Counted from the stretch's first letter, positions 30,954 through 44,411 are shown. The stretch is 64,000 nt of DNA from Alphaproteobacteria bacterium (GCA_965243135.1 OZ251539.1:640001-704000); one strand, 5' to 3'. The notes: generated by a model from the sequence alone, not told the origin. Numbers and translations are program-made.

Positions 30954-31448
30954 TCATTTTCCGAACAGGCCGCGGTTGCGGTGCCAGTCGGCGATTCCCG
31001 TATCCGGGTAGCGGTCGAAGATCGCGTCGCCTTCGCCGGCGTCGACCGCGACCCATGCCGTCTTGTAGTCGAGCATGAGGTGCGTGCATTCGGGCGGCGC
31101 GGGCAGGGGCGTGTCGATCGCCGACGCGAACGGATAAACCCAGTCCGGGTAGTCGGGCCCGTATATCCAGAGAGCTGATCCGCACTTCGAGCAGAAATGC
31201 CGCCGCGCCGGGCTCAACCCGTCTTCCTCGCGAGCGCCGCGGTCGTTCCGCGCCGAGCGGTAGACGGCGACGCGCTCTTCGCCTGCGACCTTGAGCGTCG
31301 CGGCATTGCCCATGATGTTGATCGCGTAGCCGCCGCCGCCTGCCGTCTTGCGGCAAATGCTGCAGTAGCAACGGTTATAGGGGTAGGGCGTGTCCGACTC
31401 CACGGTGAAGCTGACCGCGCCGCAGTGGCAGGAACCTTCGAGCAGCAT
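30954..31448 (-). CDS. GFA (glutathione-dependent formaldehyde-activating) family protein
   Basis: GSCHCG, CYCSICRK and HFCSKCGS Zn motifs. Confidence 0.88.
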   Translation of the reverse strand: MLLEGSCHCGAVSFTVESDTPYPYNRCYCSICRKTAGGGGYAINIMGNAATLKVAGEERVAVYRSARNDRGAREEDGLSPARRHFCSKCGSALWIYGPDYPDWVYPFASAIDTPLPAPPECTHLMLDYKTAWVAVDAGEGDAIFDRYPDTGIADWHRNRGLFGK

Positions 31449-31855
31449 GACGATCTCCGAACGGGCGTTAGCGATCAGTATTCCCGGCGCGCCCGGCGGG
31501 CGCAACCGCTCTTTCGTAACCGCAGCGGACCGCCCTCTGCGCGGCGGCCTGACGCGAAGCTTCGTCGGTTCGGCATGGCGCGCGGACGCGGCCGGGCCTT
31601 TCAGATTTGATGCGCAATTATTCCGGGCCGCCCGCGCGGGCGTGCCCGCGTCGGCGTGTCTGGAGCGCGTCCGGCGGCTTGCGGCATCCGCGAAGGTCGG
31701 GAAGCGAGCGGCCCGGCGAAACGGGCGCGCATCTCTTCGGCAGCGGTCGACGGCGGCGGCATCCGCCAGAACACCGGGCGTCCTCGGGATCGGCCGGCGC
31801 AGGCGGCGCAACGGCATGAGCGCCGCCCGGATTTTTACGGTCTATTTTCGGCGTC

Positions 31856-32300
31856 TTATGTTGCGGATCCAGTGAAAGGCGGCGAAGACGGGCGCGTCAG
31901 CGGAACGACCAGAGGCCGCCTGCCGCTCGCCCGAGAAGGCTCGGGCAGATCCTCGCCATCCCGGATCGTGGTCGCGATCAGTTCGCGCAGCAGATCCCTG
32001 GCTTCGACGAGCGCCTCGTCCCGACTGGCGCCGTCGGTTGCGCCCCAGCCGAAATCCGGAAACACGACCACATACCGGCCGTCCTCGTCGCGTTCGGTCT
32101 CGGCGGGGTAGCCGTAGGCGTCAGGCGTGCTTTCCATCTTCCGGGGCCGTGACATTCCCAGCGCTCCGTTCCCTGGAAATCGTCCATGTCGATCTCATGG
32201 TTGGCGAGCGTCCGGTCGAGCGGTCACTTGCCAAGCTCCGTCGACTTCGAGGCGCAACGCGCATGATCGGAACTCCATGTTGCGGGCGCAGTATCGGGCA
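31856..32300 (-). pseudogene. Decayed hicA-hicB toxin-antitoxin module
   Basis: HicB N-domain YPAETERDEDGRYVVVFPDF..ATDGASRDEALVEARDLL..LPEPS, truncated before its HTH. Upstream HicA-like ELGK*..ANHEIDMDDF remnant. Confidence 0.7.
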
Positions 32301-33020
32301 GGCGGGCGGGCGGATCAAGGCGGGGGTCCGCACTGCGTCGACGCGGCAGGCCCTCCGCCGGCCAGCCTGCGAGACCGTCGAGAAAACGCCCGTCGGCGCT
32401 CTTGGTTCTCGCCAGACGGCAACGTTGCTTACCGCCGCGCAGACCGGCCGATCCCGGAGGTTCGAGGGCGCCGTTGCCGGTCTTGCGGCTGAGCGATGCG
32501 CCATCGGACGCGGCGCGTCGGTCCCGGCAGTTCCGCCAACGGCGCCGGACGGAAAGCAACTCATGATCGCGAAGCGCATCCGGTTCGCCCGTGACCGTTT
32601 TCCCGTTCGCCGGTTCGGGCGGAGCCCACGGGCGTTTTCGGCAGGCGGGCGACGTTCGCCAACAGCCGGTCGCGCGAACTTCATGGAGGTGCCGCGAGCG
32701 ACCGGGATGCGAAGATTCTTCGGTTCGGCGGCGTTCTCGAGGCCGAGCCCCGCCTCGGCTCGCGCCGCTCGCTGCGAAAGCGGCTTGACCCGTGTCGAAC
32801 GGAGAATCGCTGAAAAATCGGTTCCCGACGGAAGACTATCGGCTCGTACGCGCTGCGACTCTCGCGCAGCCGCTTTCGAGCGGCGACGCGGCGACGCTGC
32901 CCGGATTCTCGAAGCCGGCAGTTGAAGAAATTTGTCGTCGGCGGTATTCAACCCTCTTGCGACGAGGCGCAGGCCGGAAGGACGTTCGGGGCGGGCTCGT
33001 CGGCGGTTCGGGAAGGCATC

Positions 33021-34289
33021 GTGACGTCGTTTCGTTTTATCCACGCGGCCGACATTCATCTCGACAGCCCGTTGAGGGGACTTGCCGGGCAGGAGGGGAG
33101 CGCGGCGGAGAGCATTCGCACCGCGACGCGCCAGGCGTTCGAACGGCTCGTCGACGCGGCCGTCGAAGAGCGGGCGGACTTCCTCGTCATTGCGGGAGAC
33201 CTCTACGACGGCGACTGGCGCGACTACAGGACCGGTCTGTTTTTCGTCGCCCAAATGGGCCGCCTGAACCAGGCCGGCATCCCGGTTTACCTCCTCTACG
33301 GCAATCACGATGCGGAAAGCCAGATCACGAAACGTCTGCAACTGCCGCAAAACGTGCGCGTCTTCAAATCCGGAAAACCCGAATCCATGCGGCTCGACGA
33401 ACTGCAGGTCGTTCTGCACGGGCAGAGCTTCCGGCAGCGGGACGTTACCGACAATCTGGCCCGGAGCTATCCGGATCCGGTCGACGGCGCTTTCAACGTC
33501 GGCGTCCTGCACACGGGGCTCGGCGGCATGGGCGGACACGAGAACTATGCGCCGTGCTCGCTCGACGATCTCGTCAACAAGGGCTACGACTACTGGGCGC
33601 TGGGCCACGTGCATCGGACCGAAGTGCTCCATGAACGGCCGCATGTCGTCTTTCCCGGCAACCTGCAGGGGCGGCATATACGCGAAACCGGCGACAAGGG
33701 CGCTTTTCTCGTCGCCGTCGAGAACGGCGAAGTCGCCGCGCTCGACCCGTTGCGCTGCGACGTCGTGCTGTGGTCGGAATTGTCCGTCGACCTCGGCGGC
33801 GCGACGAGCGTCGGCGACGCGGTGGACGGCGTTCGCGACGCCATCGAGAAAGCCGTCGGGAACGCGGACCGGCTGCTGGCGTGCAGAATTCGTCTCGAGG
33901 GCCGCACGCGGGCGCACGGTCGGCTGTTGGCGGCCGGGGACCAACTCCTCGCCGAGGCGCGCGCGGTCGCCTTGGGTCAGGGCGAAGGGTTGGCCTGGAT
34001 CGAAAAGGTCGTCGTCGCGACCGGTCCGGTCGAGGAACCCGGAGCGTCACCGGAACGCGAGGACGCGGTCGACGACTTGCTGCGGATGCTGCGGGAGGCG
34101 CGTTCCGACGAGAGCCTGTTGCGCGACCTCGACGCGGATATCGGCGAACTGGTGCGGAGGTTGCCTCGCGAAGTCCGGGACGATACCGAAGACGCGATCC
34201 TGAAAGCGGCTGTCGACGGAGACCACGAGGCGCTGATCGGCGGCGTGACGCCTCTTCTCTCGGCGCGCCTGCTTGAAGAGGAGGACTGA
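33021..34289 (+). CDS. yhaO: Mre11/SbcD-like metallophosphoesterase (YhaO-type DNA repair exonuclease)
   Basis: Motifs HAADIHLD, AGDLYD, GNHD, WALGHVH and PGNLQGRH. Confidence 0.85.
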   Translation: MTSFRFIHAADIHLDSPLRGLAGQEGSAAESIRTATRQAFERLVDAAVEERADFLVIAGDLYDGDWRDYRTGLFFVAQMGRLNQAGIPVYLLYGNHDAESQITKRLQLPQNVRVFKSGKPESMRLDELQVVLHGQSFRQRDVTDNLARSYPDPVDGAFNVGVLHTGLGGMGGHENYAPCSLDDLVNKGYDYWALGHVHRTEVLHERPHVVFPGNLQGRHIRETGDKGAFLVAVENGEVAALDPLRCDVVLWSELSVDLGGATSVGDAVDGVRDAIEKAVGNADRLLACRIRLEGRTRAHGRLLAAGDQLLAEARAVALGQGEGLAWIEKVVVATGPVEEPGASPEREDAVDDLLRMLREARSDESLLRDLDADIGELVRRLPREVRDDTEDAILKAAVDGDHEALIGGVTPLLSARLLEEED

Positions 34290-34290
34290 G

Positions 34291-37200
34291 GTGCGGCTGC
34301 GGCGGCTGGATCTTGTGCGCTACGGACGATTCACCGATCGTTCGTTCGAACTGCCCGCAGGCGCGCCGGATCTCCATGTCCTGTTCGGCCCCAACGAAAC
34401 GGGCAAGTCCACGGCGTTGTCCGCGATCGAGGATCTGCTGTTCGGCGTTCCGGTCCATTCGCCTTACAATTTCCTTCACCCGTATTCCAGCATGCGCATC
34501 GGCGGCGTCGTCGAAAACGATCAAGGGTCGCTCGAGGCGATTCGCCGGAAGGGCGCGAAAGACACCTTGCTGGATTCCGGCGACGCGCCGTTTCCCGGGG
34601 GCGAAGCCGCGCTTCGGCCGTTTCTGGCCGGAGCCGACCGGCTTTTCTTCGAGCGAATGTTCAGTCTCGATCACGTTCGGCTGGAAAAAGGCGGCCGCGA
34701 AATCCTGCAGGCGAGGGACGAACTTGGCCAGACGCTCTTCTCCGCCGGAACCGGCGTCGAGGGGCTGCGAGGCCGGCTTGCGCGGCTCTCGGACGAAGCC
34801 GACGGATTGTGGGCGAAGAAGAAAGCCAGACACCGCGAATACTACCAGGCGGACGACAGGCGGAAGGAGGCCGAAAAGAGTCTCCGCGACAACGCGCTCT
34901 CGGCCAACCAATGGCTGGAAGCCAAAAAGGCCAGGGAAGAGGCAGAATCCGCGCATGACCGGATCAACTCGGAATTCGAGAGGATCTCGGCGGAGGGCGC
35001 GCGGCTCGCCCGCGTTCGCAGGGTATATCGCTACGTTCGCCGCAAGGCCGACCTGGAGCGCGAAATCGACGCCATGGGCGAGGTCGCGCTTCTCCCGGAA
35101 AACGCCCGGCAGGCGTTCGAGGAGGCCGGGCGCAGGGAAGCGGAGGCGTCCGCCCGGATCGAAACGCTTTCCGGAACGCTGGTCAGGGCGCGGAAAGAAC
35201 TGGAAGCGCTGTCCTGCGACGACCGGCTGATCCAGCGAGCCGACGAAATCAAGCATCTGGACGAGCAGCGGATTGCGATTCGCCCCGAACGGGTCGACCT
35301 CCCGAAGCGGCGCGCGGAGCTCGCGGCCGTGGAGGACGAGGTGCGCGCGCTGGCCGGCGAACTTGACTGGAACGAGACGGAAGTCGACGGGCTCGTCGCG
35401 CGCATTCCGGCTCGCGGAAAGGTCGCCGCCGCGCGATCCCTGTTCGGTCAGCACGGCGGGCTCGCCTCGGACCTTAGAAGCGGCGCCGCCGCGTTGGAAG
35501 AGGCGGAGGCGCAGCGGAACGGTTTGCAGGAACGCTTCGAAAATGCGTCCGAAACCGCTGATTTCTCCCGGCTGGACGCGGCGATCAGGGCGGTTCGGGC
35601 GCGCGGCGACCTGTCCGGACGGGTCGGCCTCGCGGAACAAGGGCTTCGGGAAGCGCAACGCCGGGTCGACCAGGTTCTCGGTTCTCTGCAGCCTGCCGTT
35701 CCGGACGACCAAGACGTCGTGAAGATGCCGACTCCTCCGCGGGCCGCCGTACAGAAGCATCGCGACAAGGTTCGGGATTGGGAGCGTCGAGTCGGCGAAA
35801 CGGATCGCGACAGGGAAAATCTGGAGCAAGAACAGCAACGCGCTCGCGCTGACCTGCAAAGGGTCAGGAGGGATACGCGCGCCGTCATGGCGGAAGAGCT
35901 TCGGGAAGCGCGACGCGGCAGAGATTCCCTCTGGGAAATCGTAAAGCGGGTGCATGTCGAGGGGATGGCTGTTTCCGAAGGGGACGAAGCGCCGGAGGAT
36001 CCTGCGGCGGAATTCGAGGTGGCCGTGCGCGAAGCCGACGAACTCGCCGACCGAAGGTTCGACAATGCCGAGGCTGCCGCGACGCTGGCGGAAATGTCCC
36101 GAAGCATCGACGAGCGTCAGGGACGTCTGGATCAACTGCGCAAGCGGAGGGAAGCGCTTTCCGGAGAAGGCGAACGGCTGGGTGCCGATTGGCGATCCCT
36201 TTGGGGCGGCGCGGCATTCGAACCGCTCGGCCCCGACGAGATGCTGGAATGGCTGGGCGGGCGCGACGAACTTCTGGAGGCGACCGAACGCCTCGGCGAG
36301 GCGGAGGGCGCGTTGCAACTTGAGCGGGAGAGCGAACGCGCCGCGCGAGAGAGCCTCCTGACGGAGCTGGGGGATCTTGGCGTCGACCGTTCGGAGCTGG
36401 AGAATGAGGCGCTGCCCGTCGTTCTGGAGCGCGCGGACGGCATGCGGACGGAACTTCTGGCCGGAGCGGAGGCAAGGACGCGTCTGGAGGAGGAACTTCG
36501 GGAAGCCGCGTCGGAAGCCGACCGCAAGCGCAGGGAACAGGCTCGCGCGAAACAGGCATGGGAGCAGTGGCGGGAAAATTGGTCGGAAGCGCTGAACGAT
36601 CTCGGCTTTTCCGCTTCGACGAATCCGGATGTCGTGTCGGCGCGGATCGACGTCATAGACCGGATGCGCGAGAAGGCGGCGCAGATCGAGGAACTGCGCG
36701 ATCGCCGCGTCGCCAAGATTGATCGCGACATCGAACAGTTCGAGGCCCTTGTGGAGCGCGTGGTTGGAAACCTGGACCCCGATCTTGCAGGCGGCGACGC
36801 CGAAAACGCGGTTCTCGAGATCGGAAGGCGCCTCGACGAGGCGCGGCGCATAAGCGACCTCCGGGCCGCCAAGAAAGAGGAAATCGAGAAAGTCGAGGAA
36901 AGCGCGCGCGGCCACGAAAGGGATCTTCAGGAAGCGCGCGAGTCCTTCGGCCATCTGCTGGAGTTAGCCGGCGTTTCCGGAAAGGACGAACTCGACGGCG
37001 CCATCGGGAAGTCCGACGAGTTCCGCCGGTTGCGGAACGAACTGAACGAGACGCTGCGGACGCTCAAGCAGGAAGGCGACGGCCTGTCGGCAGGCGACCT
37101 GGAGGTCGAATGCGCGGATGCGGATATCGACCGAATCCCTGCGCAGGAAGAAACCAACGCTGGCGAATTGAAAGCGCTGCAGGATCGGTTGACGACAGTG

Positions 37201-37809
37201 GCTGAACAGAGAGCGCAGGCCAGGGAGGGGTTCGACGCGATCGGCGGAGACGACGCGGCGGCGAGCGCCGAGGCGGCGCGGCAGGAAGCCTTGGCCGAGA
37301 TTCGCGACGTATCCGAACGCTACGTCCGTTTACGGACTTCGGCAACGTTGCTGCGCTGGGCGATCGACCGATACCGGCGCGAAAGGCAAACGCCGCTTCT
37401 CAAGCGCGCCGGGGAGCTCTTCTCGACGATTACCGGCAATTCGTTCAGCGAACTCGGGGTCGCGTACGACGATAAGGATCAGGCGCACTTGACGGGTCTG
37501 CGGCCGGACGGACAGGTCGTCGAAGTGCCCGGCATGAGCAGCGGAACGGCGGATCAGCTCTATCTGGCTCTTCGCATTGCGAGCGTGGAAGACTATCTGA
37601 ATCGGACCGAGCCCTTGCCGTTCGTCGCCGACGATCTGTTCGTAAACTTCGACGACGGCCGGGCGGCGGCCGGCTTCGAAATACTGGGAACGCTGGCGGG
37701 GAAGACTCAAGTGCTGTTCTTCACGCATCACGCGCATCTCGTCGAAATCGCGCGAAAGGCGCTCGGCGACTCGATTTCGGTGGTCGAACTGGATGCCGAA
37801 GGGGAATGA
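34291..37809 (+). CDS. yhaN: YhaN-type SMC/Rad50-like coiled-coil ATPase (AAA_27)
   Basis: YGRF, GPNETGKST, long coiled coil, MSSGTADQLYLALR, DDLFVNFDD and FTHH. Confidence 0.85.
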   Translation: MRLRRLDLVRYGRFTDRSFELPAGAPDLHVLFGPNETGKSTALSAIEDLLFGVPVHSPYNFLHPYSSMRIGGVVENDQGSLEAIRRKGAKDTLLDSGDAPFPGGEAALRPFLAGADRLFFERMFSLDHVRLEKGGREILQARDELGQTLFSAGTGVEGLRGRLARLSDEADGLWAKKKARHREYYQADDRRKEAEKSLRDNALSANQWLEAKKAREEAESAHDRINSEFERISAEGARLARVRRVYRYVRRKADLEREIDAMGEVALLPENARQAFEEAGRREAEASARIETLSGTLVRARKELEALSCDDRLIQRADEIKHLDEQRIAIRPERVDLPKRRAELAAVEDEVRALAGELDWNETEVDGLVARIPARGKVAAARSLFGQHGGLASDLRSGAAALEEAEAQRNGLQERFENASETADFSRLDAAIRAVRARGDLSGRVGLAEQGLREAQRRVDQVLGSLQPAVPDDQDVVKMPTPPRAAVQKHRDKVRDWERRVGETDRDRENLEQEQQRARADLQRVRRDTRAVMAEELREARRGRDSLWEIVKRVHVEGMAVSEGDEAPEDPAAEFEVAVREADELADRRFDNAEAAATLAEMSRSIDERQGRLDQLRKRREALSGEGERLGADWRSLWGGAAFEPLGPDEMLEWLGGRDELLEATERLGEAEGALQLERESERAARESLLTELGDLGVDRSELENEALPVVLERADGMRTELLAGAEARTRLEEELREAASEADRKRREQARAKQAWEQWRENWSEALNDLGFSASTNPDVVSARIDVIDRMREKAAQIEELRDRRVAKIDRDIEQFEALVERVVGNLDPDLAGGDAENAVLEIGRRLDEARRISDLRAAKKEEIEKVEESARGHERDLQEARESFGHLLELAGVSGKDELDGAIGKSDEFRRLRNELNETLRTLKQEGDGLSAGDLEVECADADIDRIPAQEETNAGELKALQDRLTTVAEQRAQAREGFDAIGGDDAAASAEAARQEALAEIRDVSERYVRLRTSATLLRWAIDRYRRERQTPLLKRAGELFSTITGNSFSELGVAYDDKDQAHLTGLRPDGQVVEVPGMSSGTADQLYLALRIASVEDYLNRTEPLPFVADDLFVNFDDGRAAAGFEILGTLAGKTQVLFFTHHAHLVEIARKALGDSISVVELDAEGE

Positions 37810-38070
37810 AGCGCCCGGCCGGGCGGCGTTCGCCGCTCCGCGCCGCCGAGGACGACGCTTCGGAAGAAGCTCCGGCGGCGATCGCGCAGGGAAATGGCCG
37901 CGAAGGCGGAGAAGACCGGTGAGGATTTCGAGCGTCGCGAACCGAACGGCGGCCGACGGGCCACGTCGCGCGGTATGCGGAGAGCGAACGGGGCCGAAGC
38001 TCCGCAGGTTTGCGAGGTTGCGCCCGCCGACGGAGCCCTTGCGCGGCCCGAGCGCGGTCGCTTCGACGCG

Positions 38071-39105
38071 ATGAACGAACGTCTGTCCCTGCGCCGGCCC
38101 GACGACTGGCACCTCCACCTTCGCGACGGCGATATGCTGCGCGCGGTGCTGCCGTTCTCCGCCGCCGTGTTCGGGCGCGCCATAGTCATGCCCAATCTGG
38201 TTCCGCCGGTGACGCGGGCGGCCGATGCGGAGGCCTATCGCCGGCGCATCCGCGACGCGCTTCCGGCCGGGGCTGCGTTCACGCCGCTCATGACGTGCTA
38301 CCTGACGGACAACACGGATCCCGACGACCTCGCCGAAGGCCATGCGGCAGGCGTCTTCACGGCCGCGAAGCTCTACCCGGCGGGCGCGACGACGAATTCG
38401 GACAACGGCGTAACCGACATGGCCGCGATTCGCGACGTTCTCGCCTGCATGGAACGGGTGGGCATGCCGCTTCTGGTGCACGGCGAAGTAACCGATGTCG
38501 ACGTTTTCGATCGGGAAGCGGAGTTCATCGAGCGCGTTCTGAAGCCGTTGCTCGACGCGCATCCCGACCTGCGCGTCGTTCTCGAGCACGCCACGACGTT
38601 GGAGGGCGTCGAGTTCGTCAGGTCCGCCTGGCCGCGCGTCGGCGCCACGATCACGCCGCATCATCTCGTCATCAACCGAAACGCGCTGTTCGCGGGCGGT
38701 TTGCGTCCGCACATGTACTGCCTTCCGGTCGCCAAGCGGGAGCATCATCGTCTCGCCTTGCGGGAGGCCGCGGCATCCGGCCATCCCGCCTTCTTTCTCG
38801 GCACCGATTCGGCGCCCCACCCGGTCGGCGACAAGGAATCGGATTGCGGCTGCGCCGGAATTTTCAATGCGCCTTCCGCCCTTGAGGTATATGCTCAGGC
38901 GTTCGACGAGGAAGGGGCGCTCGGCCGGTTGGAGGCGTTCGCGTCGCTCAACGGGCCTGCATTCTACGGTTTGCCCGGCAACGAAGACACGATCACGCTT
39001 GAACGCGGCGAGCGGCGACCGGGTCCTCCGGTGCGGGTCGGGGACGACGAGGTGAAGCCGTTCGACAGCGGCGGGATTCCGGGTTGGCGAATCGTTTCCT
39101 GCTGA
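38071..39105 (+). CDS. pyrC: Dihydroorotase (class II)
   Basis: Motifs [27 protein letters not shown] and LGTDSAPH. Confidence 0.97.
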   Translation: MNERLSLRRPDDWHLHLRDGDMLRAVLPFSAAVFGRAIVMPNLVPPVTRAADAEAYRRRIRDALPAGAAFTPLMTCYLTDNTDPDDLAEGHAAGVFTAAKLYPAGATTNSDNGVTDMAAIRDVLACMERVGMPLLVHGEVTDVDVFDREAEFIERVLKPLLDAHPDLRVVLEHATTLEGVEFVRSAWPRVGATITPHHLVINRNALFAGGLRPHMYCLPVAKREHHRLALREAAASGHPAFFLGTDSAPHPVGDKESDCGCAGIFNAPSALEVYAQAFDEEGALGRLEAFASLNGPAFYGLPGNEDTITLERGERRPGPPVRVGDDEVKPFDSGGIPGWRIVSC

Positions 39106-39173
39106 CGCGAACCGGAGGAGAAGGAGGCGGAACGAGGCGCCGGTTCCGCCGGCGGGCGAACGAGGGGATCGAG

Positions 39174-40664
<1,491 letters not shown>

Positions 40665-40739
40665 ATCTGCCGGAGCGTGATTTTCGGAGATTGGGGGTAG
40701 CGAGGGTTCCAGACGCCGTAGATTTCGCCCGAAGCCGGG

Positions 40740-41262
40740 CTATCGCCTGATGCTTTCAATCATCGCGACATCGATATCAACTCGTTCATCAACGATCACT
40801 TCGCGGCTGGGTGACGAGCGGCCTTTCAGCGGTCCAAGCGTTATGACAACGCCCTCGGGCTTCATGGCCTCGACAGCTGGAATCGTGTCGCTGTCGCCGG
40901 TCAAGAGGACAATAACGCGGTGCTTTACAGCCAAGAGCGTCATGTCCACGCCGAGCATCATGTCGACGCGTTTCTGGATGAAGATCGGCTTTCCGCTCTC
41001 GGTCGTACCTTGGATCTGCAGCTTGCCGAGCCGAACTTGGAAGCGCGGAATATGGCTAATGGCGTCGATGAACCGGCGCTTGGAATCGAAGCGACCCTGT
41101 TCATCTGCGGTCGGTGGACGTAAGGCATGCAATGATAGGCTCGAAGCATCTCGTCTTGGCATGCCGTTACCTGTTCGAGCCTCTCCATATCGATGCGGGC
41201 TCCGTCGTGGTCTTGTTGCAAAACCTTAAGCCTCCGCCAATATAGATCGCACATGTTCCCAT
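40740..41262 (-). pseudogene. NYN-domain (LabA/DUF88, PIN-like) RNase, frameshifted
   Basis: QKRVDMMLGVDM and LLTGDSDTIPAV. N-terminal parts MGTCAIYIGGG and EMLRAY are in two other frames. Confidence 0.8.
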
Positions 41263-42099
41263 TGCCGTTTCCGCATGTCGCAGGGCATTTTGAGACGACG
41301 ACGGGGCCGTACCATTCAGCACGGCCCCGTCTGAATAAAGCTCCTCGCATGCCATTGGGACGCGAGGGGAGTTCACTCCTTGCAGGATATATGCAGGGAA
41401 GGTGCAATGCAAACTACCCCTAGAAAAAATTTTTGGATGATACAACGCTGATTTTACATTATATTTTCACATTTTTCCATTGTGCTGAATTTCCTCCGGC
41501 ATTCGCGAACCGATTCGGTTACCCGCAGCCCATGGCTTCGAACGAACCTTGGAGGTTCGATGGCGGAAGTCCGCCTCGCTCGACCGGACGTCGCTCCCGT
41601 TCGACGGAACCGCAGCCTGGAGTTCAGGCGTTTTGCCGCTTGCGGATCGTCCTGCGCACCGCCCCTGCTGCCGCCCCGAGGACGGAGCCTGGCAATGAAC
41701 GTCACCGCCCCGTTCTCGCCCTGGCGCAAACGTCTCTCCCTTGTCTCTCTTGACGATCGGCGCCGCGGATACTGTCTCCCGTCTCCGGAAAGGACGCTCA
41801 TGAGTGCCTTCGCGATCGCTAACCTCTCCGTCGCTTCCGCCAACGCCGCCGCGGCCGTCGTCGTGGCCGTCGGCGTATGGCCGCGATGGTCCGCGCCAAC
41901 GACGAACGCGGGCAACAACAGTGCGCGACGACGCAGCAGCAGAGCGCAGCCATGCCGCAACAGCGCGAAGCCGAAGAACGCCGCCACGAGGAGAACATGA
42001 CGGCGCTCAAGGCGCTGATCCGCCAGACCGCCACGCCGGAAACCGTCGCCGAACGAACGACGCCGACGGGGCGGGAACGAAGGGTGCCTGACGCCCTTC

Positions 42100-42647
42100 C
42101 CCGTCGGCGAGACCTCGAAGTCGAGCGACTGTCGCGGTCGTGCGGGGTGCAAGTACCGGCGCCGTCGTTCGCGGCCGACCGCGGCGCCGGCGCACCTCCC
42201 GCTTCGGCGATCATGTCGAACGGGGGCCGGCGACAACGCCGCGGCGCGAAACTCGACGACCGACCTTTTCTCCGTTTCTCGCGCAAGGTATGCCGCGGAC
42301 GGCGGCCGGGAACCCGGCAGGCACCGCGGGCGTTGCCGCGTTCGTCGAGTCGCTTCCTCGGCTTCGCCGTGGGCGGCCCGCTCAAGCTCGTTCGCCGAAG
42401 AGGCCGACTTCAGGCGTTTCAGCTCGTTGCGCGCCGCCTCGGCGCGCGCGCTGCGTTTTCCGGAACGTCGCCTGCCAACCTCTACCTCCGCGCGACATTT
42501 CCGCCTCTTGGCGCGCCTCGTCCCGCCGGGCCGTTGCCGGCGGCAAAGCCCCTCGTCCGTCGGTTGCGGCAAAAAACGAGAGGCGAAGGATCCCGTGTCC
42601 GGTCCGTGGACGAAATTTTTTCGTCCCCTGGGTAGCGAACGCTTACA
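42100..42647 (-). mobile_element. Probable IS66-like left-end remnant
   Basis: Minus strand begins TGTAAGCGTTCGCTACCC, identical to the end at 283-300, followed by degenerate coiled-coil-like fragments. Confidence 0.4.
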
Positions 42648-42797
42648 GACTATCAATACGAGATTCGCGAGGAGGCCGATCGTCTTGACGCGCATAGTGC
42701 GGGCGTCCCGGAACCCGAACGCCGCGCAGCGGCCGATTGCCGGCCCCGCTTGCTTCCCGCAGCCGGGCGAGGTCGTTCCGAAGACTGCGGGTAACCT

Positions 42798-44411
42798 CAG
42801 CAATTCCCGCTAAGGCTCAAAACCCTTGGAAAATATGGGGTCGGGAAAAAATTTTTCGTGGACTTTTCGAGGTGATTCGGGGCTATTTGCCTTCAAGCGG
42901 AGCATTTTTCTCTGGAAAGTGGTCCGAAGGCGAGGCGGGATTGTACCAAAATGGCCAGAATGCCAGGCATGCGCAAGACGCTCAGCGCTCCGGGGTTGCT
43001 GAAGGAAGTGCGAGCTTGTTTCGACCGTATCGAAGATCCGATTGCCAGCCGGGGGCTGAACCAGACGGACTGTCTGATGTCGGGTTTGGCGGTGTTCGGT
43101 ATGAAGTATGCGTCGCTTCTCGACGATGCCGCGCACGCCGACGAAGCGGTTCGGCACAACCTCGCGAACTTGCGTCAAGCGTGTGCCGTCGGACTCTGCG
43201 ATGCGAGAACGGCTTGACGAAGTCTGTCCGCGGCAATTGCGGCGTTGTTTCACGAAGATGTTCCAAGTTTTGCAACGAGGCAAGGGGCTGGAACAATACA
43301 CTTGTCTGAACGGGTATTACGCTCTTTCGAGGAACGGGATACTTTTCGTCGGACAAGGTGCACTGTAAAAACTGCTGCGAGAAACATCACCGCGACGGTA
43401 CGATTACCTACTACCACCAGATGTTGGGAGCCGTTCTGGTGCACCCGGAACAGAAGGAGGTTTTTCCGTTTGCACCGGAATCGATCCTGAAGGGAGACGG
43501 CGCAAAAAAGAATGATTGCGAAGCGGCGAAACGGCTTTTGAAAGATGTGCGTCGTGAACACCCGCACCTGAAGTTGATCGTGTTGGAGGATGGGCTGGCC
43601 TCAAATGGACCGCATGTCAATCTTCTCAAGGAGTTAGACATGCGTTTCATACTGGGTGCAAAGCCTGGCGACCACAAGTTCCTGTGGGTCAACAACGCGC
43701 CGTCCGTGGAGCACCGGGAGTTCACGGACGAGGACAACATACGGCACGAATTCCGGTATCTCAACGGAGTGCCTCTGAACGATACGCACTTCGACCTCAA
43801 AGTGAACTTTCACTGGGAGAAGCTTCCAAACGGCAAGAAACAACGTTTCTCCTGGGTCACGGATCTGCCAATTGACGAAGAGAACCTGATGGAGTTGATG
43901 CGCACCGGGCGGGCGCGCTGGAAGATCGAGAACGAAACTTTCAACACCCTGAAGAACCAAGGCTACTGCTTTGAGCACAACTTCGGTCACGGTAACAACA
44001 ATCTGTCGACTGTTTTCGCGTTCCTGATGATGCTAGCGTTCCTGATTGACCAGATTCAACAGCGATGTTGCAAACTGTTCCAACAGGCGCAAACGAAGGC
44101 CAAGCGGCCCATTTACTTCTGGGAAAAAGTGCGGGCATTGTTTCTCGACTACTTCCTGAAGGACTGGGAGACGCTCTACCGAATGATCGCGTTTGGACAC
44201 CGGAAAGCAGTGGGAATTCCCTACGATACCTCCTGACCCAGCACCGTGTCCGAGTGTGCTAAAGCAGGTTTTTCAGGGGAAGCAGGGTAGTCAAGGCTAT
44301 GTCGGCGCCAGGCCGAAGCGGGAAAGGTGCGTCGCGACGGCTGGTCCCTCGGTAACGATGCTATCTCGACGCGCCTTTTGCAAAGGGCGGCCACCTTAGC
44401 GGGAATTTCTG
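42798..44411 (+). mobile_element. Full-length IS (DDE, ISNCY/ISDol1-like) with TIRs and 9-bp target duplication
   Basis: TIRs CAGCAATTCCCGCTAAGG / CCTTAGCGGGAATTTCTG. Exact direct repeat GGGTAACCT at 42789-42797 and 44412-44420. Subfamily assignment is tentative. Confidence 0.9.
42951..44236 (+). pseudogene. Transposase, multiply frameshifted
   Basis: RKTLSAPGLL..DCLMSGLAVF, PSDSAMRERLDEV and HCKNCC..EDGLASNGPH..RARWKIENETFNTLKNQGY lie in three frames. Confidence 0.9.

Noticed and set aside
41799-42060. Small frameshifted membrane/coiled-coil ORF (..RRHEENMTALKALIRQT)
   Set aside because: Plausible hypothetical pseudogene, but no functional evidence.
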